Origin: Trichodelitschia bisporula | Lineage: Eukaryota | Assembly (NCBI GenBank): GCA_010356995.1 | Contig: ML996703.1 | Location: forward strand, 434,001-498,000 | Direction of reading: 5' to 3' | DNA length: 64,000 nt | Part shown: positions 12,886 through 26,764 of the stretch, one piece after another | Position numbering within the stretch: the stretch's first letter is position 1 | Layout of the letters: every line of letters begins with the position of its first letter | Program-made: the position numbers and the translations under genes | Notes under the pieces: generated by a model | Databases searched by the model: none | Seen by the model: the letters and a program-made list of their open reading frames with translations, nothing else | What the model was told of the DNA's origin: nothing

Positions 12886-15092
12886 TCAATGTTGCTTCTC
12901 CCGCTGGCTTGCTTTGTCATCACTCCCCTTTCTCCCCTTCTGACTCGAAGGCCGGCGCAAGTCCGCGATGGAGATGGGAGGCTTCTCCTTCCTTACCTTT
13001 TGATCGTCCGAGCTCATCTTCCGCAACTCCTTCTCCAGAGTCATCCCCATCCGTTCAAGCAGCCACTCCGCCTCATTCTTCCGACCCATGAGCGGACTCC
13101 GCGTCCCAAGCCAGCTCCACTTCAAATTTTTCGACTCTTCGTCCCCATCCGCCTGTCCCAGATACTCCGAGCGCTTCTGGGTGGAGTCATTATGCACCTC
13201 TCCTGGGGCCGTCCGGTGCAGATCTGGCTTCGCTTCGTCCTGTCCGATGAGCTTCAGAAACCAGGCCCACTCGCTATACGAGTACTTCTTGGGCGGGCGG
13301 GCGTGTATGTCCTTTGCAAGGGTTCTCTGCTCCCGTGCCAGCACATAGTGGTAGAGGTGGATATCACGCTCCAGCGTGTCTCCTCGGTCGCTCGCTTCCT
13401 GAGCGCCGATGAGTTCGTCGATTTCAACCAGTCCAGCCAGACGGTCTAGAGCGTGTTGATGCACGCTGTCATGGCTCTCGTCCTCGGTGCTCTTCGAGGC
13501 ATTCGCCATGAAGCCTGGCGGCTTCTGCACCTCGATGTCACCGTCAGTGGCGGCGTTTTTGGAAAAGCCGTGAAGTGTCGCTTTGAAACGGGACCGAAAT
13601 CCACTTTCATCGGGCAAGATCGTGAGGCTGCCTGCCCAAATGATGAAATTCTCAAATGCTTTGATGACAGTTTCTCCCATGTTTGAGATGAGGACGGTGA
13701 GCGTTGGGACTGCAAGGAGGGACCAGAAGACGAACATGGGCTTGCCAGAGTTCGACATCGGGTATAAGTCGCCGTAGCCGATTGTCAGTAGCGAGGTGTA
13801 CGCAAAGTAGAGAGCTTGAAAATACGACCAGCCCTGCTTTTGCTCTGTCACCCAAAAGATAGCAGCTCCCACCAGCCATAGGCTCATGGCTGCAATACCA
13901 GACCATGTGAGAGCATACCAGCGGCGTTTCTGCATGGCGTAGTCCTGGATCTTGCGCATGGCCAGAAACTCCTGCTCTCGGCGCCGTATCTCGGACAGGT
14001 TGTGCTGCGGGAAGGTGTGTGTGTGAAACCAGCCGATCTTGATTGTTCCCTTGTCATGTTTGATGGATCTAAGAGCCTCCTCCCGTTTCTTCTCCATAAG
14101 GCGCGCCTCCATCTTGTTTTTGCCACGGTCGAGCACCAACGCGCGTATGGAACCGATGACCAAGCCGACGGAAACGATGCCACAGATCGCAAAGGGAAAC
14201 AACAGGGAGCGTCCAAGGTGCGTCTTCGGGGAAAAGTCGGAACCGAGCCCCACAGTCAGAAGCGTAACGTCGGCCCAATACAGGGCATCCAAATACTTCC
14301 ACCCCTCAACAAACTTGAAAACGCAGGCGCCAAGCAGGAGGTACATCAAAAGCATGATGGTTTGCAGCATCAGGGTGCGTTGGCTAACGGTCAACCGAAA
14401 TTCTCTACCGTAATGGCCTTTGTAAGTGCCATAGACGGTGATGACGAGGAGGAAGGAGACGACACAGTAGAGTACCGCAGCGAAGATGGCGTAGTAGTAG
14501 GCTTGAGTAAGGGTATACTTCTCACGAGGATAAAGCCGAAGCGCCGGGCTGTTCCCCGCAACAACAAGCGCGATCAAGAGGGCTGAGCTGAGCAACCATC
14601 CGCCGATCGTAATCGTGTGAGCTATGGCAAAGGGCAAGCGGCGGGCCATCTTCAGCAAGAGAGCCAGATTCGCCGCCAGCGAGAAGAAGAGTGACAGCGC
14701 GTTGATTGCAATTACCCTGGATTTGCTGTCAGTACAAACCGCGACAGAGAATACTCACTAACCATCCTGGGTCCTTAACCGGTTCTCCATGGTTTTCGCT
14801 ACTCCCTTCAGGAATGGAAGCCCTCCATGGCTCTACCAATGCGCATATGCTGAAGGCGTTGGCCATTGGACCGAATGTACCGGCGATCAGGGGACAAGCT
14901 GTGGATGCAAACCACCACCGGCTGTAAGCAGTTAGCACTGGCGCATTAGCTGTAAATGATATCGGCGCCGTAACTTGGGTCAAGGAAGTCCTGTTCAGCC
15001 TCTTCCTCATGTTCCTCTCCAGGCTTGTATGGATCCTTCTCGAGATCCTCTGCGAGCTTGTGGACAGGCGCGTCCACCCCAGGGTCGTTCAT
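12886..15092 (-). CDS. TOK1: Outward-rectifier two-pore potassium channel (TOK1-like); 2 introns near the 5' end
   Basis: Starts MNDPGVD...RWWFASTACPLIAGTFGPMA; two pore loops TLLTVGLG and SLLTIGYGD; multiple TM segments. Confidence 0.9.
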
Positions 15093-16673
15093 GGTGTGTG
15101 TGAGAGGAGTGGTGGACGAAATCGCTGACAGAAAACGGACACAACAAGAGCACTAAAAAGCATAAGGTTAAGGCTAGCGGTGGGGCATTCTAGGTTGTTA
15201 AGATCTGGATCTTCATTCCAGGTTAAAGCATAATCGAGACCACATGGTCTGCCATCTCGTGCACGATGACGACATGGCGGTTCTTGCGAAACAACTGTGG
15301 ACGCGCTTTCCCTGTTAGGTGGCTGGTGGCATTGGTGCATGGATGGCATGAGTGCATGGATGGCTCAGGCCACTTGGCGATACTGGTACACCTTTAACTC
15401 AACTTCATGTTGCTGGCGACCTGCTCTCTGCTGCAAGTTGACTTCTTACGCATTCTTCTCACGCATCCTTCTCATATCATTCTCATGCAATCTGTATTTC
15501 CCTGCTTACACTGGCTTATACGCTTCATAACTACAGAAACGGACAAGAACATGAGGTTATCCTTTCAATGCCGGCTATCTACCTTGCTCGCAATACCATG
15601 GAGCAAGGCAACGCGTCTTTGGTGAACAGAACTTCATTTTCCTCTGATGTACTGGGATCTGTCTGCTGGTGCCCTTTAAGTTCTGTTGCTTTGGTGCAGT
15701 ACCCGTGCAAACATCTGGCCTCCTACTCTCACCTGGCTAGGATACCTTAATGGGGTGCGGGTCGCGATCACCAGCTTACTACGGTACTGCATGCCCGCCG
15801 AAGGTATACACTGGTTTGCAATGTAAGAAGTCGGACGAGGATTTGTGTTTCGTATCGGGCTTGGCTTACGAATCTCATCATGATGCCGATGGGCACTCGT
15901 GGATATGCGGAATACTGGCCGGCTACGGCTGTTCTGGTTCTATGCCGTCTTCTTTTCATCTCTTCCTCCTTTGTTCAAATCGCTTATAGCATCTCGTAGC
16001 CCTTCGGTTGTAAACCGACGTAAGCAGGGCTCGGGCTGAGAGTAATTGCTGTGTCTCAGGGCTCCAATGCTGCGGAGCTTGTGGTGATGGCTGCCCGCCT
16101 GCCGGAGGCTTGGTGAAGCAAGCAGCACGCAGCGGAGGATTTGCCAGCTGTAAGCTCAGAAGCGTATCGTCCCGGAGCAAACACGGCAGTGAGCATTCAC
16201 CACCTCGTACAGCGCCGTACAGTAGCTTGGGTTCACTAGGCGGTTCTGTCTTGATACAAACTGGCCTCATTGCAAAACTCCTCGAGGCTTAACTATTCAA
16301 TTTGCACCTCCAAGTTCCATTGCTCGCCTACCGGCCAGGGCTAGGCGACAAAGCAAGCCGCGGTATCGCGGTACTCCACAGGTCTGGGTGGTTCCTTCCT
16401 CAACTGCTAAGAACTACTCCGTACCTTCCTTCCGTTGATTGATCCCCCCTTTTTCCAGCAGCTTCCAAGAAGCAACACCTTCACTTAAATTCCTTTCTCT
16501 GCCAAATCTCTTCTTTTTCCCTTGCACAACCCTCTAAATCCTCAACTCGCCCACCCCCATTTGCTTCGTCCATCTTCTGCATCGTTCTCCTCTCTATCAA
16601 CAGAAATCCAAGTGGTAAGGCTTCGCAGCCTTTGTCCTCTACAATTCATTTACTAACGTATGACAGCTTCAAA

Positions 16674-18583
<1,910 letters not shown>

Positions 18584-19087
18584 ACGAGCACTCGTCTCTC
18601 AGCCTCAGGATAGCACTCTCACGACAGCAGCTTCTATGATGCCTTACCTCTACTTTGACATATGTCTTTAGTTTCGGGAACTTGCCGCTAGATAGTTTCC
18701 ATTGGCAATGACAGAAACTGAAGCATACATTATGAGTGAATTGTAATGATCTGTTTGGCCTCTTCTAGTCTTTCAAAGCTAAGGCCGTTCGCTGTTCCAG
18801 CGTGATGGAAGGGACCCACGACGAAGCTTTGCCGGTGCCTCACTTCAAACGTCAATTCTCTTGCACTGCTTCCATGTCATTTACACCCCTATAAAGGTCT
18901 ATCGTGCTTCATCGGTGGACGCTCTGACAAGGCAGGTACCACTTGACGTCGTCGCCTTCTCCAGTGACGCTACCTAACTGGTCCGGCCCCGCGCTCCGGC
19001 ATCGGAAGCCATTATACCCAACCTTGCCGAGCTTCTCCCTACTTCCATCCCCAACCCACAGTGCTCAAGGTCCAAAAAAGAAGAAAC

Positions 19088-19097
19088 AAAAAAAAAA
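19088..19097 (-). terminator. Pol III oligo(dT) terminator of the tRNA-Leu gene
   Basis: T10 run on the minus strand, 3 nt after the discriminator A (19101). Confidence 0.8.
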
Positions 19098-19116
19098 TAT
19101 TGAGAGGAGAGGGGTT

Positions 19117-19174
19117 CTAACAGAGGATGTTAGTATGAGTTTTTGAGGCTCAGAAGATTTCGGTGTAAACTAAC
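19117..19174 (-). other. Spliceosomal-type intron (58 nt) in the tRNA T-loop / B box
   Basis: 5' GTTAGT, branch site TACTAAC, 3' TAG; splits GGTTCG|AACCC. Confidence 0.88.
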
Positions 19175-19200
19175 CGAACCCTCGCTCTTTCGAACTGCGG

Positions 19201-19214
19201 ATTTGGGCAAGAAG
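19201..19214 (-). other. Canonical tRNA intron (14 nt) at position 37/38
   Basis: CTTCTTGCCCAAAT lies one nucleotide 3' of the TAG anticodon; removing it gives a 7-nt anticodon loop. Confidence 0.85.
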
Positions 19215-19233
19215 CCTAAACACAGCGCCTTAA

Positions 19234-19288
19234 CTGGGAATGGGGGTTAGCGGGGTACAGGGGGCGATTGTTGGAGACAACTGCTTAC
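19234..19288 (-). other. Spliceosomal-type intron (55 nt) in the tRNA D-loop
   Basis: 5' GTAAGC, branch site GCTAAC, pyrimidine-rich CCCCATTCCC, 3' CAG; inserted after the D-loop GG. Confidence 0.88.
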
Positions 19289-19335
19289 CCACTCGGCCAT
19301 CCTCCCAGTGAAGGGTTGATGCCGAAGTTGCAGGG

Positions 19336-19349
19336 TTTAAAAAATATAA
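19336..19349 (-). promoter_or_regulatory. TATA-like element about -30 to -43 from the mature tRNA 5' end
   Basis: TTATATTTTTTAAA on the minus strand within GC-richer flanks. Confidence 0.5.
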
Positions 19350-19815
19350 CCCCCTGTTGCACTAGATGGAGGGCCGCACGGGAAGGCTTGATGGTTTTGG
19401 CCGTAGATACGTTGTGCAATAGCGACAGAAACTGCCGAAAGGAGCCATCGCAGGTGTGGACTGGCTATCCAGCGGATGCGGGCAGGTGAGAGCGGTGATC
19501 GTGCTCCTGGTCCGGCATCACATCAGGCAGGTCGTCACCCGCACATCCCACCCTTCCCACAAAACACAACAGCCCTACAGTAGCCTGCCATCGTCCCTCC
19601 CGTCAAACGCGGATGGCACCTGCCACCAAACGCAGATGGCACCCGCCACCAGTTTGTTCGGGCCAAGTGCGCAACAGCCAGCCTCGCGGCTACCCGCAGG
19701 ATATCGCTTGTATTGATATAGACCGCCCACGGCGGGCCACGTCACGTCTAGACAACGTGCATATCGACATTGCCAGAGCATTATCTCGTATTTTGCTACT
19801 GCTAGTACTGCTACT

Positions 19816-21721
19816 ATGAAGCTTTTGCACCTATCCCTCATCTTCCTCGCCCTCCTGCTCTCCGCCCTCGCCAGCACGCCCGAGCATCCCCCCGGTGGTG
19901 CCCCCCCAAACGCCCGCTGCGGCCCCGGCAATGCATGCCGGCTGTCGGAGTGTTGCTCCGCATGGGGCTTCTGCGGGACTACGTATGCTGCTTGTCCCCG
20001 CTGAGCTGCGCCGCTGACGAGCTAGGCCGATGCACTGCGGCGATGGGTGCGTGTCCGGGGCGTGCGAGCGCGCTGCGGGCCCGACAACTTTACCTGCCCC
20101 CACTTCAAGTTCTTCAGCGCCCCCTTCAAGTTCCTCAGTGGCCCCCCCAGGTGAACGATCCGCCTTCGCCACCGCGCCCGGAAGCTTCAACGTCAGTGGC
20201 ACATCCGGCGTGCCTGCGATGCATGCAGCGCTGCTGGCCGACGGGCGGGTGATGTTCCTGGACAAAGTGGAGAACTACACGCAGGTGCGGCTGGCGAGCG
20301 GTGCGTACGCCTACTCCGTCATATACGACCCGGACCGCAACACCGTGGCACCGTTAGCGGTGCGCTCGAACGCCTTTTGCAGCGGGGGCACGTTCCTTGC
20401 AGACGGGACACTGATCAGCGCGGGCGGGAACGATGCGCTGCCGAGTGTGGACCCCACCGTCGGGAACGGGTTCAGCGCAATCCGGTACCTCGCCCCTAAC
20501 GCCCTGGCGGCTGGGTGGACCGAGACCGGAAACAAGCTTGCGAGCGCGCGCTGGTATGCCAGCGTACAGATGCTGAATGACTCGTCCGTGTTCGTGGCGT
20601 CGGGGAGTTTGAATGGTTTGGACAGTGCGGCGCGCGCAAATAACAACCCCACGTACGAGATGCTGGACCCGGCGGGCGTGCCGAGCGGGGTGAATTACGT
20701 GATGGATCTTCTGCAGAGGAATGAGCCGTACTACATGTACCCCTTTGTGCACCTCCTGCTCGACGGCACGCTGTTTGTATTCGTCGCGCGCCAGAGCCAG
20801 ATCTTCGATCCGTACGGAAATCGCGTGCTCAAGGAGCTGCCGGACCTCCCGGGCCTGTTTCGCACGTATCCCAGCACGGGTACGAGCGTGCTGCTCCCTC
20901 TGTCGAGGGCGAATAGTTACTCACCCGAGGTCCTGATCTGCGGCGGGGGAGCTTCGCCAGACATCAACGCGCAGACAGATGCCTCTTGCGGACGTATCCG
21001 GCCGCTCGACGCCACCCCGAGCTGGGAAATGGACCACATGCCGTCGGGCCGAGTGATGGTGGAAGGCGTCCTGCTGCCGGACGGTACAGTACTGTTTCTC
21101 AACGGCGCGGGCCGGGGCGCGCAGGGCTTCGGCTTCGCCAGCGAACCGGCCCTGGCACCACTGATCTACAACCCAACAGCGCCGCTAGGTTCACGCTTCT
21201 CTGTCGGCGCGCCTTCGACCATTCCGCGCATGTACCACAGCGTGGCGCTACTGCTGGCAGACGGGCGAGTGCTGGTGGCGGGTAGTAACCCAGTCGAGCA
21301 GCCGGTGCTGCAGGCGTCGGCGGGCGTCCCATTCCCAACAGAGTTCCGGGTCGAGATCTACACGCCGCCGTACCTGGCGGGCGCAGCGGCGGGGCGGCGG
21401 CCGACGAATATCAGCCTCTCGACTAGTGATCTGTATCCCGCGGGCGACGCATTCGACATCGGCTTTGTTGCGCCACCGGGGGCGAAGGCACTGCGGGTTG
21501 CGCTATGTCACGGCGGCTTCGTGACGCACAGTCTGCACATGGGCCAGCGGGTTGTGATGCTCGACACCGTCGGCTTTGTGCCGGGTGCGAGCGCGCAGAT
21601 GATTACGGTGTCTGGGCCGCCGGGTGCGAATGTTGCGCCGGCGGGGCCATGGTGGGCGTTCGTTGTGGTGGATGGGGTGCCGGGCGTTGGGGTGCCGGTG
21701 AGGGTGTTGCCGGTTCAGTAA
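19816..21721 (+). CDS. Copper radical oxidase (glyoxal oxidase-like, AA5_1) with N-terminal chitin-binding CBM18/hevein domain
   Basis: Signal peptide, CCSAWGFCGT hevein motif, intron 19983-20025, and NAFCSGG, RWYAS, RMYHS, THS motifs. Confidence 0.92.
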
Positions 21722-24535
21722 GGGGGGGGAGGCGGTTATATCGTCATTTTATTGCATTGGTGTTTTGACGCTGTGGTTGTGCTCCGGAGGTGACGTAGCT
21801 AAGTGTCACCCGGAAAGGTCGCGGCTTCCTCCGTCCGCAAAGACGCTCAGGCAGGGCGGCCGTGCGCGTGTTCGGAGGTGACGTCGCCCGTCCAACGACG
21901 GCGGTCGGGTCCGTCGTTGATCTCCCGTTCTCCCGCTCGTTGCGCGAAACGAACCATCGTATCCGATCGCTCCGATCTGGCGATGGGCGGTTCGGATTAT
22001 GATTTGTCTCAGGAAGAGAGACGTCGATATTATCATCCTTGTCTATAATTGACCATCCGTCGGGCGGCCCGCCAAGGCGATGGGAAAACGAAGGGGGCCG
22101 GTTGTCGGGGGTCGTGATGGCGCATCGTGGAGCATGTACAATGGGGCGAGTCTACGGTACGTACCGTAGTAAAGCGGCACCAGCGGCTTGTGAATCTAGA
22201 GCGGCGAGCGTGGAGACGATTGCTTTTACCGGTAGTAGTCGTCGTGGCCATGTCCCTTTCCCCATGCAGTGCCTCAACCAAATTCTCGTGCTGATGTGGA
22301 GAGGATTAGCAATATGTCAACGTCACAATGGATGAGAGAATGGGAGTCGCAGTGAAGATCAAGCCGCTCTCCACCCACACACGAGCAACTTTTGCTACGA
22401 CGTTGATGCTCTGAGTGGCTGACTTAAAAGCTCGCTAGAGTAGCGGGGACCAAATCAGATCATCAGTTGATGCGGGCGAGGCCATCAGCGGGACCCCCTG
22501 CAACGCACGGATGAGCATACCGTATTCAACGTCTCGGAACATTTCCTCGAGGCCCGCGCCACCAACCGCTTAGGATTTGGAGTGCAAATATGCAGTGGAG
22601 TCTGCACGGCTAGTGCCATTCGGATCTCTCCTTGAGCAATGGGGATTTTGAGAAAAAGAATGGGCGTACAGAGGGCGGTTGTGCGAGGCTACAGTGAGGT
22701 GCATGAAGGTTCCGAATGGACGGAGGGGTGATGGAAATCGATGGCTCGCGTAGGGCAGGTCTAGTCGCGAGGCGCTCGAGGCGATGATAGCGACCAGCCT
22801 GGCCAGCCGCTCCCGCTGATTTGCCATGTGCTCGAGGGGTTTGGGGTAGAGCTTATTGGGAATGGGAGGCTCCGTATGGAAAGGCTGTGATAATGATTTG
22901 AATGCTACGCGGATGAGGCGTTGTGGTGATTGGCTGTACGTGGAGAGTCTGGGCTGGAGCTGCACAACTGAAACGCCTTTTTCTCTGTGCGCGAGTCAGG
23001 CATTACTGCTGTGCGCAGAGCTCGACGGTTTGGGGGGATTGTACGATGGGATTTTTGCTGCAGCTGGGTGGGACGGGATTGAATATTGAAAGTGGTGCAT
23101 ATGTACAGAGGTACCTGTGGTCGGTCTTGGGTGGTACGTCTTCTGCTGGTCCGTTCATGAGAGTTTTACCCCTCAGATTACCACAGTAAATGTTGACCGC
23201 AAGTCTCTTCGCTGTAGTCGGCTACGCGTCCTACATAGGCAATAGCAGCTTCCAAGCCCCGCGCCGAACGGGAGGGGCATCGGGGGTTGATGAGGGGTGG
23301 AGCTGTGCCTAATGATGCTTGATCCTCGCAGTGAAGCGTCGGTCAAGGTCAATCTGCTATTCTCGCTGGTGGAACTATGTGGGGGGCAAAGTGAGAGTGG
23401 TACGTATGAGAAGCAAGCGAGCAGTTCATTTAGCACATGCTTCTTTTTGTTGACTGTCGACATTTGAACTGTCGACTCTTTTCCTATCCCATTGACCACA
23501 ACTGCCCACTGCCTCCCCGGTGTTACCCGACCGACGTTCCTCTCTCGCTTCCTCTCCAAACGTCCGCTTCCATCACCACCACCATCACCCCAATTCAGAC
23601 AAGCTTCATCGTAGCGTCAGCCCAGCGCCAGCATCCTAGCATCCTGACTTCGGACCTTTTTGGGACCGGAGATTTTTACGAATTATGGGATCCCGGTCTT
23701 TGTAAGGCCAATGTTGGGATAGCTTGTCCATTCAAAGTCGGTGCATTGCGCATATCCCCCCTTGCCGCGACTCCATCCAGACCTCTGCAAGCGGACGCGT
23801 AAGGTAAGGTTGTTGTTGGCCGGTACGGAGGTAATCGCCGCGGCTAGCTACAAGTCCATCAACTCACAACCGTCCGCCAGCAAGCAGGCAAAGGAAAAAG
23901 GCGGAAACCTGAAAAGCAGCCCACGACCAACGCCCACCGACGCCAGCAACGAAGCTCTCGCCTAGCTAAACCACCAACACGCCCCCCACCTCTCCGCGTC
24001 CCTATCCACATCGACGCCCCCCTCCATCCCCCCACACCACCATCACTCACCCCAGGCGCCATCTCCCAGCTGCCTCCCACTACGCCCAAACCCCCCAGGC
24101 ACACGGCAAGCAAAGCAGACAGGGCCTCCCTGCGGGCGGTCTGCCACATTACAATAACCTTAATCGACCCGCGTGCTGCGCGCCCACCCGCCCGCTTGCT
24201 AGCTTACCCTCAGCCCACACGTCCGGGGCCTCGTTTGCACTATCTATACATACCTATATACCCGCCAGGGCGACCCAGAAACAGACCCGCCATGTCTTTG
24301 AAGGTTTAGCCTACGCATTTCGTGCGCCTGCAAGATGTAACAGCTTTGCCGTCAATCTTTCACAGCTTTTTTGGTACTGATACTTCCACAGTGGTGAGTA
24401 CTCGTACTTCCTGCCTTTCCTCGCGGCCTCACTCTCCGCCCGGCTGCTCTTTTCCCAGCCATTCGTACCATACCCACCCCGCATAGCTCCATTGCGCCTT
24501 CCGACCTCCAAGCTGACTCCCCTCAAAGCAGAACC

Positions 24536-26029
24536 ATGGCTCTCTCCTCCACCGCTCCCTTCGAACCAACCCCCACCTCGCTCACCAACCTCGCGCGCAT
24601 CCAGCTCTACACTTGCGTCCCGGATGTTGGGCCCTTTAGTCTTCAACCCTCGGCACCTAAAGAAGTACACTATACATTCGCGCTCGCGCGCTTCGAGCGC
24701 ACAGAGCGCGTCTTCGAGCAGCGCGCCTATGAGAAGGATGTGCTGCGCGGAAGGCGTGAGGTCAACCTCGATGACGATGCGGCGCTCCAGGCTGCGCTCG
24801 CCGGCGTGCCAAACACATGGGTGCTCGGAAAGCGGAAACGGCGGGCGATACACGCCCATGCACCACCTAACACCCACTTCCGAGCCCACCACGCGCATAC
24901 CCAGAGCCTCGACACCCATATCCACATACTCACTCACCCTATCGACCCGACCACCCTACCCCGCAAATCGCTCCCCGCGCTCCCCACCGCCTCCCCGCAC
25001 CGCACCTTCCGCCTCGCCGCGGCCCGTTCCTCCGTCGTCTCCTTTCTGTCCTCCAGCTCGCGCTCCTCGTGGGCCGCATCCCGCCCACGCAACCCCCTTC
25101 TACAGCTCTTCCGGCCCGCTGCCGTGCAAGCCATGCCGTTCAACCCGCCCCCCTCTCCGGTGACCACGCCATGCTCGAGCGCCGGCGACGCCGCGGTGGG
25201 CAGCTCCGTCGGCAGCAGCGAGGGAATATCGTCTGCGCGGACGAGCGTGAGTGGGTCATTGGGCTCGTTCGAGAGCGGGTTCAGCGCGGCCAACATGGCG
25301 CGATTAACCGGGATGTTGGCTGTGCGCGTCGAGTTCGTGGCGCTGAAGCGCGCGTGTGCGGAGGAGGCGCGCCGATTCGCGGATTTTGCCCAGCACCAGC
25401 GCGTTGCACTCGCACTTATCATGGGCCGTAATCGACTGTACCTCGAGGAGCGCAAGGAGAGCCGCGTGGCGGAGATGAGACGGAGGCATGAGCGTGCGCT
25501 GGAGCAGCTTGAGACGAGGCATTTGGAGCGCGAGCTTGCGGAGTCGGAGCGGCAGCGTGCGGTAAGGGAGGAGTATGCGGCGCGGAATGCCACAGCGCTC
25601 AAGTACGTCAATCGGAGGCTGAGTCTGCTCGGAGAGGCGGCGACGAGTGATCAGCGCTCCCGGCTAGCGGATGAGGAGGGTGGTGTCGAGCGGATGGCGG
25701 CGAAGCATGGCCGCGAGATGCGGGCATTGCTTCGTGCGCAGGAAAGGGAGAGACTCGATTTGCAGCGTGAGCAGGAACGCGAGCTCGCCGAGTTTCGGAC
25801 TGAGCTGGAGGGGAATATTGAAGAGAATTATCGCGGGAAGAGGGAGGGGCTCAGGGTCAATCAGATCCGCTTGGAGGGGTTGGTGGAGGAGCGACGGGAA
25901 CGGATGGTTGCGAGGTGGTTTTTGCGCCTGCAGGCGTTTAAGATGGAGGATCCAGAGTTACGGCCTGGCCCGCCGTTGCCGCTTGCGCTGCTGGAGTGTC
26001 CGGAGGGGTTTGTGGAGGACTGGGTTTGA
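24536..26029 (+). CDS. Hypothetical protein with C-terminal E/R-rich coiled coil (true start uncertain)
   Basis: 497-aa ORF with coding-like composition; no recognisable family. Confidence 0.55.
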   Translation: MALSSTAPFEPTPTSLTNLARIQLYTCVPDVGPFSLQPSAPKEVHYTFALARFERTERVFEQRAYEKDVLRGRREVNLDDDAALQAALAGVPNTWVLGKRKRRAIHAHAPPNTHFRAHHAHTQSLDTHIHILTHPIDPTTLPRKSLPALPTASPHRTFRLAAARSSVVSFLSSSSRSSWAASRPRNPLLQLFRPAAVQAMPFNPPPSPVTTPCSSAGDAAVGSSVGSSEGISSARTSVSGSLGSFESGFSAANMARLTGMLAVRVEFVALKRACAEEARRFADFAQHQRVALALIMGRNRLYLEERKESRVAEMRRRHERALEQLETRHLERELAESERQRAVREEYAARNATALKYVNRRLSLLGEAATSDQRSRLADEEGGVERMAAKHGREMRALLRAQERERLDLQREQERELAEFRTELEGNIEENYRGKREGLRVNQIRLEGLVEERRERMVARWFLRLQAFKMEDPELRPGPPLPLALLECPEGFVEDWV

Positions 26030-26764
26030 GCGCTGGATGGAATGGTTGGATGGTGGCACGTCGGGTTCGGGCCGGGTGGGCGACCACGCGATGGCGGACA
26101 ACGCCAGGCCTTGCAACACGAAGACCAACGCCGTCTGCGCGGCTTGTGCAGTGCGGCCTCCCGAACAACATACATATGCGGCATTTACACGCTACCCGCA
26201 GCGGCGCCGGATACCCTGGCTTTCCGCATTGCAGGCGACGAGAACAGAGATTACCCTATATGAAGCTGCCCAGAGGCACGAATCCTGGCGAGCGCAACAG
26301 CATCGCGTCTGGTGTTCGAAGCAAAGCGACGAGACCCGCGTCGGGACGTCGTGCGCGGATTGGAAACGCAGGTGCCGGCGTCGCGGCTCGGCGCCGGCTA
26401 CCTAGGGAATCTTGGAGAGGAAAGTGGAACGGCCCCGCCGTAATAAGTACACATGCACATGCACATACATATAGCAATGCTAATGCTAATTTCAATCCCC
26501 TATGACGATTTGGCTTGTGTTTCTTTGCGGCTCTGGACGACGACGTGAGATTCTCTCTTCGTGACCCTGGAACCGACGAGGCAAGGGAGCATTTCGCCAG
26601 CGTACCGCGCCTGCGGGAAATAACACAACAGAGACGGCATTCAAGGGCATTCCTGCGCGTCGCGGTCATCGTGGGGTGTTTGCTTGGGCTTCAAGCCTCC
26701 CTGATCCATCTTAATCCTCACCACGATCCTCACCATAACGACCACCACAACGACAATCCTCACG

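Larger units (their letters stand above)
19101..19306 (-). tRNA. tRNA-Leu(UAG) split by three introns: two spliceosomal-type and one canonical
   Basis: Exons 19306-19289, 19233-19215, 19200-19175 and 19116-19101 join to the 79-nt GGGAGGATGGCCGAGTGGTTAAGGCGCTGTGTTTAGGCCGCAGTTCGAAAGAGCGAGGGTTCGAACCCCTCTCCTCTCA. Acceptor stem GGGAGGA/TCCTCTC, D stem GCC/GGC, anticodon stem CTGTG/CGCAG with TAG, long variable arm, T stem GAGGG/CCCTC with loop TTCGAAC, discriminator A. Confidence 0.92.

Noticed and set aside
19101..19306. Interpretation of the tRNA inserts as SINE decay, random insertions or BHB-type non-canonical tRNA introns
   Set aside because: Both inserts have precise GT/AG ends with CTAAC branch sites at the expected spacing, and their exact removal restores a fully paired cloverleaf.
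21800..24300. Several short ORFs and scattered splice-like signals in a 2.5-kb interval
   Set aside because: No consistent exon chain, domain, tRNA arms or terminal repeats could be assembled.
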